Positions 47,294 through 56,460 of a stretch of DNA of 64,000 nucleotides are shown one piece after another. A program made the translations under genes and the position numbers. Below the pieces are notes generated by a model. It was given only the letters and a program-made list of their open reading frames with translations. It was not told the DNA's origin and searched no databases. Origin of the DNA: Methanobacteriota archaeon. Its GTDB lineage: Archaea > Thermoplasmatota > Poseidoniia > Poseidoniales > Poseidoniaceae. Each line of letters begins with the position of its first letter. The first letter of the stretch is position 1. The stretch is from positions 28,632-92,631 of the forward strand of contig JAAZXA010000064.1 of assembly GCA_014240385.1 (NCBI GenBank), given 5' to 3'.

Positions 47294-47342
47294 ACCCTGC
47301 TCAAGGGCAGTCCATTTGAACCGTACCCTCGTAGCGTAGTGC

Positions 47343-48623
47343 ATGGCGAGGCTGTTATTGGACCTTGGTCCATTGGCGCATCTTTCTGATGGAGAGGGTC
47401 CACTGCGTGGACTAGCCATGTCAGATGATGAGGCATTAGTCTCTTCAAGTGGAATGGGAATTGTTGTTGATAATGGTATAATCGCCAGAATCGATGATTC
47501 TGAAAACCTACGCGATGAATACCTCGGAGGACTTCGAGGAAATGAACTTGAATTTGTTGATATCAATGACCATCAGGTATTGGAAGCAGGAGGCAGGGCC
47601 GTTATACCGGGCTTGGTCGATGCACACACTCACCTACTATGGGGTGGTGATCGCTCTCGTGAATTACGCTGGCGCTTGAATGGAATGTCATATGCGGATA
47701 TTGCCGCTAAAGGTGGTGGTATTGCAAGTACTGTTGCTGCAACAAGAGGATTGACCATGGAGTCCTTGATGGAATGTGGACTTTCTCGCATGGAGAAGGC
47801 CTTACGTCATGGTACGACTGCTTTAGAGGTAAAGAGTGGTTATGGTTTGAATACTGAGTCAGAATTACGTTTATTGGAGGCCGCTGTTTCTTTACATGGT
47901 CTTTCTATTGACTCTACTTGGTTAGGTGCTCATGCTGCTCCACCAAACATGAGCCGTAGTGACTATTTCGAAGAGATCCTTTCTGAACAACTACCTGCTG
48001 TGCTTGATTCTGGTATGGCGCGTTCGGCTGATGTATTTTGTGAGCCAGGCTGGTTTAGCATTGAAGAGACTGAGGAGATTTGTAAAGCAGCCAAGGCAGG
48101 AGGCATGGACATTCGCCTTCATGTAGATGAGTTTGTAGATGGGGGTGGACTCGCATTGGCGGCTGAATTAGGCTCTCAGTCTGGCGACCATGCTCATTGG
48201 AGTTCTGATGAAGCACGGGCTGCTGCCAATGCTGCTAACAGTATGCAATGTTTCCTTCCTGCGACCCCTTACTCAATGGGTGAGAAACATTTTCCTCCTG
48301 CGCAACAATGTATTGACGAACAATGGGCTTGGTGTGCTGCTAGTGATTTCAATCCTAATTGCCGAACACTTTCTTTGCCGTTCATCGGTTCTTTACTTTC
48401 TCAGAGGATGGGTATTGACCCTCTCGCATCATTAGTGGCCGTTTCTCGAAACCCGGCTGAGAATGTCATGCATGATGCAGATTTGGTTCATGGACAAATT
48501 GTTGTGGGTGGTGCTGCAAATTTGAATATCTTAGATTCCCCACATTGGGAGTCTTGGTGTTCTCAGGTTGGGCATTCACCATTTGCCGGAACCCTTGTTG
48601 GTGGTGAGTTTTTACTTCATTGA
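47343..48623 (+). CDS. hutI: Imidazolonepropionase
   Basis: VIPGLVDAHTHLLWGGDRSRE, GGGIASTV, ADVFCEPGWFS and LHVDEF. Confidence 0.85.
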   Translation: MARLLLDLGPLAHLSDGEGPLRGLAMSDDEALVSSSGMGIVVDNGIIARIDDSENLRDEYLGGLRGNELEFVDINDHQVLEAGGRAVIPGLVDAHTHLLWGGDRSRELRWRLNGMSYADIAAKGGGIASTVAATRGLTMESLMECGLSRMEKALRHGTTALEVKSGYGLNTESELRLLEAAVSLHGLSIDSTWLGAHAAPPNMSRSDYFEEILSEQLPAVLDSGMARSADVFCEPGWFSIEETEEICKAAKAGGMDIRLHVDEFVDGGGLALAAELGSQSGDHAHWSSDEARAAANAANSMQCFLPATPYSMGEKHFPPAQQCIDEQWAWCAASDFNPNCRTLSLPFIGSLLSQRMGIDPLASLVAVSRNPAENVMHDADLVHGQIVVGGAANLNILDSPHWESWCSQVGHSPFAGTLVGGEFLLH

Positions 48624-48704
48624 ATTAAGACTAAAAGGTTAACACAATGCATTTAGTGGAAAAGAAAGTGTTTTGAAGTTTAAGATGAAATCAAGCGTGA
48701 TAAT

Positions 48705-49004
48705 ATGTGGTTGGAAACGGTGGTCTTGGTTAGCAAGAATGGGTACGACGCGAGATTACGTAGAATGTTGAAAGTCCGTTCTTTACTTAGAAATGAATCA
48801 CCAGGTTGTGCACGATCATGGGTCGGTGAGTCGGCCAACACAGCTGGGACATTTTTGTTGCAGGCTCTTTATGAGAATGAGGATGCGATAGGAGTAGCGA
48901 TGAGGTCTGTTTCGGAATTGGATGAAAAAGATGGTGGGTTGGAAGTTGTGCTAAATGGTCCACCTTTGGTTGGGATTTTTGTTGTTGATGCTGAAGATTT
49001 TTGA
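48705..49004 (+). CDS. Small ABM/Dabb-like (ferredoxin-fold) protein, 99 aa
   Basis: Pattern ...LLRNESPGCARSWVGESANTAGTFLLQALYENEDAIGVAMRS. Followed 29 nt downstream by a strong terminator hairpin. Confidence 0.45.
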   Translation: MWLETVVLVSKNGYDARLRRMLKVRSLLRNESPGCARSWVGESANTAGTFLLQALYENEDAIGVAMRSVSELDEKDGGLEVVLNGPPLVGIFVVDAEDF

Positions 49005-49032
49005 TTTGAGAAGAAAAAACGATTGAAGGGGG

Positions 49033-49065
49033 GGCGTATAATATGTATTATACGCCTTTATTTGT
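49033..49065 (+). terminator. Perfect 10-bp stem hairpin plus T-tract
   Basis: GGCGTATAAT-atgt-ATTATACGCC followed by TTTATTTGT. Confidence 0.6.
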
Positions 49066-49247
49066 ATCTTAGAAGATTGTGTGCTCAATGGATAAGCCTG
49101 TAATTGTCTAGCAGTCAAGCGTTTAGCAAGATATTAGTGCCGATGGGAGTGAAATATCTGTCTTTACCCCTAGGGGTGGAGGGGGAAAACCGATGTTGTT
49201 TATCAGAGAGGGTTTCGATGCTCAGAATCCAAGTTGTTCGATATTGT

Positions 49248-49323
49248 TGGTGGGCTCGGCCAGAATTGAACTGGCGATCTTTGCCATGTCAAGGCAACGT
49301 CATGACCCCTAGACCACGAGCCC
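49248..49323 (-). tRNA. tRNA-Val (anticodon GAC), CCA encoded, no intron
   Basis: Folded by hand. Acceptor GGGCTCG/CGAGCCC. Anticodon stem TTGCC/GGCAA with loop TTGACAT. T-arm GCCAG-TTCAATT-CTGGC. Discriminator A followed by CCA. Confidence 0.9.
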
Positions 49324-49346
49324 GCTAAGTTAATCGACAGAGCGCG

Positions 49347-49357
49347 TATATTTATTT
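49347..49357 (-). promoter_or_regulatory. Archaeal TATA box for tRNA-Val
   Basis: The minus strand reads AAATAAATATA and ends 23 nt upstream of the tRNA 5' end. Confidence 0.55.
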
Positions 49358-49389
49358 GAATTGGTTAAGCCATTTAGCAGTGGGGGGAA

Positions 49390-49542
49390 TTAACCAATAA
49401 TTTTGGATATTCTACCTGTGCAAGTTTTTTCGCTACAAGAGCCCGCTACACGCTTTCTACCATTGCTCATTGTGAAGTGCTCGAGGTTGCTAATCGGCCC
49501 ATATGTCTTACATTTCAGACAAAACCCTTGATACTCAGCCAT
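49390..49542 (-). CDS. Small zinc-ribbon protein (DUF5679-like), about 50 aa
   Basis: MAEYQGFCLKCKTYGPISNLEHFTMSNGRKRVAGSCSEKTCTGRISKIIG, with a CxxC...C..C pattern. The track start at 49599 is probably too long. Confidence 0.55.
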   Translation of the reverse strand: MAEYQGFCLKCKTYGPISNLEHFTMSNGRKRVAGSCSEKTCTGRISKIIG

Positions 49543-49649
49543 ACTAACCATTCTCTTCGATTGGACTTTTAGATATGAAGACTTCGATAAACCCACCAAA
49601 TTGAATTACCACCATTGCCTTTTTAAAATAATAATTCAACATTGGTTTA

Positions 49650-50024
49650 TTATTCTTCTTCAAATAGAGTTTCAGGGGAGGGGATATTTAGAGATTTCAG
49701 ATCAACACTTCTTGTGACATCGGTTTCATCATCTCCAAGTCCAAAATTTGTATTCCCTCCACTCCATGAAGTAGTCATATCTTCAACCTCGACATTATCA
49801 TCAATGGGGATGTCGATATTCGGGTTCAAACTGTATTGAGTAGGGTCCGCAGGAGTTGCTTTAATTCGGTCTGCTAAGCAAGGAACCGGTCGCTCTTCAA
49901 ACTGAGTTGATGTATTGAAAGCACCACATTCAGGGCAGCGAGACAATCCTGACTTTTGCAAAGTTGCACAAGAGGGGCAGGCGCTTAATCCGTTGAAAAC
50001 GGATAGTAGGTCCATTACCTTCAC
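49650..50024 (-). CDS. Zinc-ribbon protein with an acidic disordered tail (124 aa)
   Basis: CPSCATLQKSGLSRCPECGAF. Has a 4-nt overlap with the upstream EF-hand gene. Confidence 0.6.
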   Translation of the reverse strand: MKVMDLLSVFNGLSACPSCATLQKSGLSRCPECGAFNTSTQFEERPVPCLADRIKATPADPTQYSLNPNIDIPIDDNVEVEDMTTSWSGGNTNFGLGDDETDVTRSVDLKSLNIPSPETLFEEE

Positions 50025-51835
50025 TCCAAGAACATGCTGTCTTGAGGAGCTTCTATTTTATCGCCTGTTTCCTCGTCTTCAATGGTGACTGAATCCTCAT
50101 CATCGTCGAATGAAATGATGGTTCCAAATATTTCTTCACCGTCAACTTCTACTCCAACTCTAGAGCCAACATCTATGTCATCCTCATCGTCATCATCCTC
50201 ATCGTCTTCATCTGAATCGTCATCATCCTCATCGTCTTCATCAGAATCGTCATCATCCTCATCGTCTTCATCAGAATCGTCATCATCCTCATCGTCTTCA
50301 TCTGAATCATCCTCGGAGTCCTCTTTTTCTTCATCAGAATCATCATCATCTTCACCAGATTCTTCATCAGAATCATCCTCGGTGTCCTCTTTTTCTTCAT
50401 TTGAATCGTCGCCCTCTTCTTTGGCTTCTTCATCATCGCCCTTGTCGCCTTTTACTTTGGCTCTCCAGGCTTTCATCAAGACCAAGTGTGCATAGAGGCT
50501 CACTCCTAGACCTGCGAATCCAAAAATTATCATGAAGATTCCATCAGCATAGAATCCGGAAGGCATTGAAGATTGCTCTCCTGAAAATGGTGTTAGCGAG
50601 TTTTTACACTTTCCGTGTAAATCAGTATCGCAGGCAACGTTTTCACCTTCGAATTCTATATTGCCCCCCGTACCATCTACGAATGTACCCATTCCATTTA
50701 GTACCCAGAGTAATGCGAATACAGCAAATAAAGTGTGCATTATTGGCCAGAAGATATCGTTGGCTTTCTTTGACATTAATTTCTTTTGAAGGTCGCTAGG
50801 GAATATCTTGGCAGGCTTGGAATCGCTCTTTGGCTTTTCATCCTCAGGCTCTTCCTCTTCAGCCGGAACTCCAAATGCCACCATTAACTCATCAATGGTA
50901 ATGACGCCATTCTCATCTAGATCTAATTCTTCCATCACTGCACTAACATCGTCTTCATCGATGGTGCCGCCGCCGAATTCGGCAAGGGCTTTGGTCATCT
51001 CTTCACCGTCGATTTCACCGTCATTGTTTACATCCATATGCTCGAAAGCTTCCTTGACGTCGTATCCTGCATCTTTGAAACTCTTGACCATACGGGCCAA
51101 AGGTGTATCGGGAATTTCTTCTTCTTCATCCTCTTCGCTTGACTCTTCCTCAGAAGTGTCTTCTTCTTCATCATCAGAACTTTCCTCTTCGCCTTCTTCT
51201 TCAGTAGAATCATCTTCCTCCTCTACGTTTGAGTCATCCTCGGAATTGTCCTCTGCTTCATCATCAGAACTTTGCTCTATGTCCTCTTCTTCCTCAGCTG
51301 GTTCTTCTTCAGCGGTTTCTTCAACTTCATCCTCTTCTGGTCCAATGTTCTTTGCGGGGGAATTGTCAGATGGTGTGAATGTAGATTCAAGTTCTCCTAT
51401 GTCGATAACGCCGTCCCCGTCATCATCGAGTGCCTTGACAAGACGGTCAACTTGAGATTCAGGGAGATCGGCAATATTGAGTGCCAATAAGCCGCTCTTG
51501 AATTCATGTGCTTCGATAACCCCATCCTTATTTTCATCGAACCGCTTGAATAGGTCTGCCACTGTTAATCCGGTGGCTGAAAGCCAGTCTCCAAGGATAG
51601 AAATCACATCATCTGCCACGAAAACAACGCCACATTGAGGGCATGCTTTGCTCTCCAATGCAACTAAAGCGCCACAGGCGCCACACTCTCCAAGGCTCGT
51701 TTCACTGACTCCTGTAAAGGAGATACCACAACCCGGACATTCCTCTGAGTCAACCGGTACCACGGCCCTACATGCGCCACATTCTGCCATTCCATCGTTC
51801 GCATCATCATTTCCAGACATAGAGAACCCATTCAC
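50021..51835 (-). CDS. Membrane protein with an N-terminal double zinc ribbon, four EF-hand Ca-binding loops, poly-acidic tracts and two TM helices (604 aa)
   Basis: CGACRAVVPVDSEECPGCG and CGACGALVALESKACPQCG. EF loops DENKDGVIEAHE, DDDGDGVIDIGE, DVNNDGEIDGEE and DLDENGVITIDE. TM helices IFWPIMHTLFAVFALLWVL and IFMIIFGFAGLGVSLYAHLVL. Tail carries (DDSDEDDEDD)x4. Confidence 0.75.
   Translation of the reverse strand: MNGFSMSGNDDANDGMAECGACRAVVPVDSEECPGCGISFTGVSETSLGECGACGALVALESKACPQCGVVFVADDVISILGDWLSATGLTVADLFKRFDENKDGVIEAHEFKSGLLALNIADLPESQVDRLVKALDDDGDGVIDIGELESTFTPSDNSPAKNIGPEEDEVEETAEEEPAEEEEDIEQSSDDEAEDNSEDDSNVEEEDDSTEEEGEEESSDDEEEDTSEEESSEEDEEEEIPDTPLARMVKSFKDAGYDVKEAFEHMDVNNDGEIDGEEMTKALAEFGGGTIDEDDVSAVMEELDLDENGVITIDELMVAFGVPAEEEEPEDEKPKSDSKPAKIFPSDLQKKLMSKKANDIFWPIMHTLFAVFALLWVLNGMGTFVDGTGGNIEFEGENVACDTDLHGKCKNSLTPFSGEQSSMPSGFYADGIFMIIFGFAGLGVSLYAHLVLMKAWRAKVKGDKGDDEEAKEEGDDSNEEKEDTEDDSDEESGEDDDDSDEEKEDSEDDSDEDDEDDDDSDEDDEDDDDSDEDDEDDDDSDEDDEDDDDEDDIDVGSRVGVEVDGEEIFGTIISFDDDEDSVTIEDEETGDKIEAPQDSMFLE
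50178..50310 (-). repeat. About 4 tandem copies of a 30-bp coding repeat
   Basis: Plus-strand unit catcatcctcatcgtcttcatc[t/a]gaatcgt at 50191, 50221 and 50251, with a partial copy at 50281. It encodes DDSDEDDEDD. Confidence 0.85.
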
Positions 51836-51950
51836 GGCACTTCAATGCACGTTATAATGATATGCGGATGAAAGTCCATTAGTAGCGGGAATACGGGCTA
51901 CTCTGTTCTTTTGGGCGTCATGGTCAAGAGCCGTCAACAAGGGGCGAGGT

Positions 51951-52856
51951 ATGATGGCGGAGCATCGCAGCGGAATGGGCCTTCTACCTGAGGCTGGTTC
52001 AACCCACCTTTTGGAAGAGGGAATGGAGGCCATGTTTGAATGGCTAGACTTGGTAAATTCATCAGGTTATCATTCATTATTGCTAACTAGGCTACCACCT
52101 CGTCGGTTGATTGGTAAAATCGATATCAATACTGTGGAAGTAGGTTGGTTGACAGAGCGAGACTCTCCGAGTGCCGTTAGTCCAAGTCTTGAGCGTTTGG
52201 CAATGAGAATTAGGGAGAGGATATCTGAGAAGTCTGGAATAATTGTCTTGGATGGAGTTGAACATTTGATGAGTTTACATGGCTTTGCAGCGGTTTTGAC
52301 TTTTTTGCGCTCGATGTCTGATGATATTTCTGCAACTACATGGAGACTTCTTTGTCCAGTCGAACCAAAGGCGTTCCTAACAACTGAAATTGCCCGCTTA
52401 AGGCGTGAGGCCCCTGTTTGGGAATTACCTGAGGCTGCAATTGATGATATTATTGTTCATGAGGAAGAAGTTGAAACATCGGATGTGGTGGCTGAAAAAA
52501 CTCCCGAAGTAGATGCAAATGAAGACAGTTCGGAAAAATTAACTCATCTGACACGCCTACCATCTGCTGGTTTTACTACTGCAATTTTACGCAGACGAAT
52601 ATTGGCTTGGAGACGGATGGGTTTCGATGTGAGTGAATTAGAACCTGCTCTAAAATATCAGGATATGGAACATGCCTATGCACTTTACCGTGTTGTCGAA
52701 GAAAAGGTTCGATTGGCAGTTGAATTAGATCGCCGCGTAGATTTGTTGATGTCTAGAGGAGATATCTCAAATGCCACAGCATTCCGTTTCAGGATAAGAC
52801 AGTTAACAGGAATTCGCGAAGTTTGGAATTCACTTGATATATTATTAGATGAATAA
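51951..52856 (+). CDS. DUF835-like domain protein with a helical C-terminal extension
   Basis: HSLLLTRLPPRRL...VGWLTE...SPSLERLAMRIRERISEKSGIIVLDGVEHLMSLHGFAAVLTFLRSMSDD...LLCPVEPKAF...IARLRREA fits the DUF835 pattern as I remember it. Confidence 0.5.
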   Translation: MMAEHRSGMGLLPEAGSTHLLEEGMEAMFEWLDLVNSSGYHSLLLTRLPPRRLIGKIDINTVEVGWLTERDSPSAVSPSLERLAMRIRERISEKSGIIVLDGVEHLMSLHGFAAVLTFLRSMSDDISATTWRLLCPVEPKAFLTTEIARLRREAPVWELPEAAIDDIIVHEEEVETSDVVAEKTPEVDANEDSSEKLTHLTRLPSAGFTTAILRRRILAWRRMGFDVSELEPALKYQDMEHAYALYRVVEEKVRLAVELDRRVDLLMSRGDISNATAFRFRIRQLTGIREVWNSLDILLDE

Positions 52857-54389
52857 TCACTCAAGGTAAGGATGGATGTCTCCATCCCCAATTCCATTGA
52901 GGAAATCATTAGCTAAATCGGCCATTTCACCTGCTAATGAGCGGTCTCCTTGTAATGGCTCTACTAACGTTCTAACGTGCTTGTAGAAGGCATCTACGCC
53001 ATCTCCCGGACTTTTCTCATGGTGCTCCAAGCCTTCACATGCGATTATTGCCTCACAGGACAGGATATCTGCTAATCTTTGGGCGCCTTGGAAGAGATGC
53101 CAAGCAGCAGTAGCGCCCATGCTAACATGGTCTTCCTGATTAGCAGATGTTGAGAGGCTGAAAGTAGTATGAGGTCCAAGGTGTGCGCGAAGGTCAGCAA
53201 TTGCCGCTACAGCAGCATATTGTACAATCATCATTCCAGACTCAAGGCCGCTATCATTGGCTAAGAAGGCTGGGAGTCCACTGCGGTTAGTATCTAGAAG
53301 TGTATCCATTCTCCTTTCACTAATACTGGCAATTTCATGAACTGCAGCATTCATTGCATCGGCAGTGAGGGCGAGTATTTCTCCGTGGAAGTTTCCACCA
53401 CTAACCACTTCGTGTGGGCCAGGGTTAGCGGGGTCTGGGAAAATCAGCGGATTGTCGGTAGCAGAATTCAATTCTATTGTTATCACATCACCTAGTCTTT
53501 GAAGAACTTCATTTGCAGGTCCATGCACTTGTGGAGCGCAACGAAATGAGTATGGATCCTGAACTTTATCACAATCTGCATGAGATTGATTGATTTCAGA
53601 ATTCTTCAAGGCTCTTAGAATTCGATTAGCAACAAGTGCTTGGCCAGGGTGTGGCCTTACTGCATGAATACGTTCATCACTTGGTGCAATAGAGCCACTT
53701 AGTGCCTCGATTGAGGTTGAGAGAATCAGGTCAGCCAAAGGCAAAAGGTCGCTTAGGATGGCGTGAGAAATAGTTAGCCAAGAAAGGATTTGGCTAGTTC
53801 CATTAATCAGAGAAAGACCTTCTTTTGCCTGAAGTTGAATTGGTTTCAAATCATTATTGAGCAATGCTTCTGAAGTATCATAGAATTCCCCGTATTGGTC
53901 AATTACACTACCTTCACCCATGATGGTCAATGCAACATGGGAAAGAGGTGCAAGGTCTCCTGAGGCACCAAGAGAACCAATCCTTGGAACAACAGGTGTT
54001 AGCCCAAGGTTTAGCATGTCGAGGATTCTTTGAATAACTTCGATTCTAATACCACTATTACCGCGGCACAATGAGTTTGCTCGGGCACACATCATTGCCC
54101 TAACTGGCACTACTTCCATGGCTTCCCCTATCCCACAGGCATGGCTTCGAATCAGGTTTGCTTGTAGATCTCCTAGTTTGGAAGCGTCTATACTAGTATT
54201 ACAAAGGGCTCCGAAACCTGTGTTGATTCCATAGGCTACTTCACCTCTCTCAATGATGCCTTGAACTGTTTTTGTTGCCGCTTCAATCCCTGCTTTTGCT
54301 GTTTCAGAAATAATGGCATCAGCAACACCAGTTGCTACGAGGAGTAGTTCTTCCATGCTTAGATTTCTTCCGTCAAGTTCGATTTCCAT
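52857..54389 (-). CDS. hutH: Histidine ammonia-lyase
   Basis: MIO-forming motif GSLGASGDLAPLSH, plus GLSLINGT. Confidence 0.92.
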   Translation of the reverse strand: MEIELDGRNLSMEELLLVATGVADAIISETAKAGIEAATKTVQGIIERGEVAYGINTGFGALCNTSIDASKLGDLQANLIRSHACGIGEAMEVVPVRAMMCARANSLCRGNSGIRIEVIQRILDMLNLGLTPVVPRIGSLGASGDLAPLSHVALTIMGEGSVIDQYGEFYDTSEALLNNDLKPIQLQAKEGLSLINGTSQILSWLTISHAILSDLLPLADLILSTSIEALSGSIAPSDERIHAVRPHPGQALVANRILRALKNSEINQSHADCDKVQDPYSFRCAPQVHGPANEVLQRLGDVITIELNSATDNPLIFPDPANPGPHEVVSGGNFHGEILALTADAMNAAVHEIASISERRMDTLLDTNRSGLPAFLANDSGLESGMMIVQYAAVAAIADLRAHLGPHTTFSLSTSANQEDHVSMGATAAWHLFQGAQRLADILSCEAIIACEGLEHHEKSPGDGVDAFYKHVRTLVEPLQGDRSLAGEMADLANDFLNGIGDGDIHPYLE

Positions 54390-54401
54390 ATTATTTCCAC
54401 C

Positions 54402-56414
54402 TTAGAATAAATTATCTATAATCTCGTTATTTACTAGATTTGGCAGGGTAACCTTGAGCAAAGGCTCCTTCTTCATGGCACGCTTGATGGCAAATATCCC
54501 TTCTGTGTTTCTTGCCCATGCGCGGCGGGCAATTCCGTTGTTGACATCCCATGATAACATTGAGTTCAAACGCCTTTCAGAATCTTGACTTCCATCGAGG
54601 TACATTCCAAAGCCGCCGTTAATCACTTCTCCCCAACCAACGCCTCCACCATTGTGGATGCTTACCCAAGTTGCCCCCCTGAAAGAATCTCCGATTACGT
54701 TGTGGATAGCCATGTCAGCACAAAGGTTGGAGCCGTCCTTGATATTGGCTGTTTCACGATATGGGCTATCAGTCCCAGATACATCGTGATGGTCTCTTCC
54801 CAAAACTATTCCAGAACTAATAACTCCCTCTTTTATTGCTTCATTAAATGCAGAAGCAATCCGCTTCCGCCCTTCCTCATCTGCATAGAGGATTCTTGCT
54901 TGACTACCAACTACCATTTGGTTTTCTCCTGCGGCATCTATCCATTGAATATTATCCTTCAATTGCTGTTGAATCTCCACAGGAGCAGATGCTGCTATTT
55001 CTTCGAGTACCTGCTTAGCAATATTATCGCTCATCTCAAGGTCTTCTTTACTTCCAGAACAACATACCCAGCGAAAGGGCCCGAATCCAAGGTCAAAACA
55101 GCGTGGCCCCATGATGTCCTCAACATAGGATGGGTGGATGAAATCGCCGTTTGCATCACAAATATCTGCACCTGCTCGACTTGCCTCAAGTAAGAAGGCG
55201 TTTCCATAATCCCAGAAATATGTACCTCTTTCTACCATCGTATTGACTGCTTTTGCATGCCTTAGCAATGTAGATTGGACTTCTTTTTTGAACCTTGAAG
55301 GGTCTTGGGACATCATTAGTTTTGCTTTATCAAACTCAATCCCAGTAGGGAAGTATCCGCCTTGCCATGGATTGTGTAGACTTGTTTGATCACTTCCTAG
55401 TTCGATTTGTATATCTCGCTCAACAAGCCTTTCCCATAGGTCAACAATGTTTCCAACATGACCTATTGATACTGCTTCACCATTGGCTTTTGCTTCTAAC
55501 ATTCGGTCGATAACTTGGTCGACATCTTCGTAGAGTTCACTTAACCAACCTTGTTGAAGGCGTTTTTTTGCTGCGGCTGGATTGACTTCTGAAATGACAC
55601 CCACGCATCCTGAGATAACTGCTGCTTTGGCTTGTGCGCCTGACATTCCTCCCAGACCAGATGTTATGTAACAGACCCCTGCAAGGCTAGCATCAGTTGC
55701 AATGCCAAGTTTCATGCGGGCTGCATTGAGTAATGTGATGGTTGTTCCATGGACAATTCCTTGTGGTCCGATATACATGTATGATCCCGCAGTCATTTGC
55801 CCATATTGGGAAACACCAAGCGCATTTAGACGCTCATAATCATCCTGAGAACTATAGTTTGGGATGACCATACCATTGGTGATAACAACCCGTGGGGAAT
55901 CGGGATGTGAAGGAAAGAGTCCAAGCGGGTGCCCAGAATACATGACAAGGCTTTGATCCTCCGTCATTTGGCTCAGATATTGCATCACTAAATGGTATTG
56001 AATCCAGTTTTGAAATACCGCCCCATTCCCCCCATATGTGATTAATTGATGAGGGAATTGTGCTACTGCGGGGTCTAGGTTGTTTTGAATCATCAGCATA
56101 ATACTCGCTGCTTGCTTGCATTTTGCTGGATAATAGTCGATTGGATAGGCTTTCATCTCATACTCTGTAGGTCTAAAACGCATCATGAAGATGCGCCCAA
56201 ATGTCTCTAACTCTTGCTTGAATTCCACGGCTAAAGTTGCATGCCATTTTTCGGGAATATATCTCAAAGCATTGCGAATAGCCAATTCTTTATCTTTTCT
56301 CGAGAGGATTTGTTTTCTTGCTGGAGCTTGATCATAAACAGTATCAGTAGATGGGTGTTCGGGCAATTGCGATGGGATTCCATCCGCTAATCGCATCAAC
56401 GCCTGCATGACCAT
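54402..56414 (-). CDS. hutU: Urocanate hydratase (long, 670-aa form)
   Basis: GLGGMSGAQAKAA, YMYIGPQGIVHGT and the conserved C-terminal half. Confidence 0.9.
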   Translation of the reverse strand: MVMQALMRLADGIPSQLPEHPSTDTVYDQAPARKQILSRKDKELAIRNALRYIPEKWHATLAVEFKQELETFGRIFMMRFRPTEYEMKAYPIDYYPAKCKQAASIMLMIQNNLDPAVAQFPHQLITYGGNGAVFQNWIQYHLVMQYLSQMTEDQSLVMYSGHPLGLFPSHPDSPRVVITNGMVIPNYSSQDDYERLNALGVSQYGQMTAGSYMYIGPQGIVHGTTITLLNAARMKLGIATDASLAGVCYITSGLGGMSGAQAKAAVISGCVGVISEVNPAAAKKRLQQGWLSELYEDVDQVIDRMLEAKANGEAVSIGHVGNIVDLWERLVERDIQIELGSDQTSLHNPWQGGYFPTGIEFDKAKLMMSQDPSRFKKEVQSTLLRHAKAVNTMVERGTYFWDYGNAFLLEASRAGADICDANGDFIHPSYVEDIMGPRCFDLGFGPFRWVCCSGSKEDLEMSDNIAKQVLEEIAASAPVEIQQQLKDNIQWIDAAGENQMVVGSQARILYADEEGRKRIASAFNEAIKEGVISSGIVLGRDHHDVSGTDSPYRETANIKDGSNLCADMAIHNVIGDSFRGATWVSIHNGGGVGWGEVINGGFGMYLDGSQDSERRLNSMLSWDVNNGIARRAWARNTEGIFAIKRAMKKEPLLKVTLPNLVNNEIIDNLF

Positions 56415-56460
56415 GGTGGCTTACGCTAGGTATCCTTTCTTATCAATTGCCACCAACGAT

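Noticed and set aside
49166-49177. The 12-nt perfect palindrome ACCCCTAGGGGT, 71 nt downstream of the tRNA, as a possible sRNA or binding site
   Set aside because: It is an isolated short palindrome with no flanking C/D or H/ACA boxes and no T-tract. That is insufficient evidence for a feature.
49104-49328. 74-aa plus-strand ORF
   Set aside because: It overlaps the hand-folded tRNA-Val on the opposite strand and has no coding features.
50178-50310. A possible CRISPR-like array formed by the 30-bp direct repeats
   Set aside because: The repeats are contiguous with no spacers, lie in frame within a CDS and encode an acidic peptide repeat. No cas genes are present in the window.
50082-51455. 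Long Ser-rich plus-strand ORFs (50082..50495 and 50808..51455)
   Set aside because: They are antisense shadows of the GAx/GAT-rich acidic coding sequence of the minus-strand EF-hand gene. The poly-Ser product has no start context and lies fully inside a well-supported gene.
48624-52856. An integrated virus or plasmid at tRNA-Val
   Set aside because: No integrase, capsid, replication or partition genes are visible, and I could not identify an att-like duplication by eye. It is kept only as a low-commitment island hypothesis in the findings.
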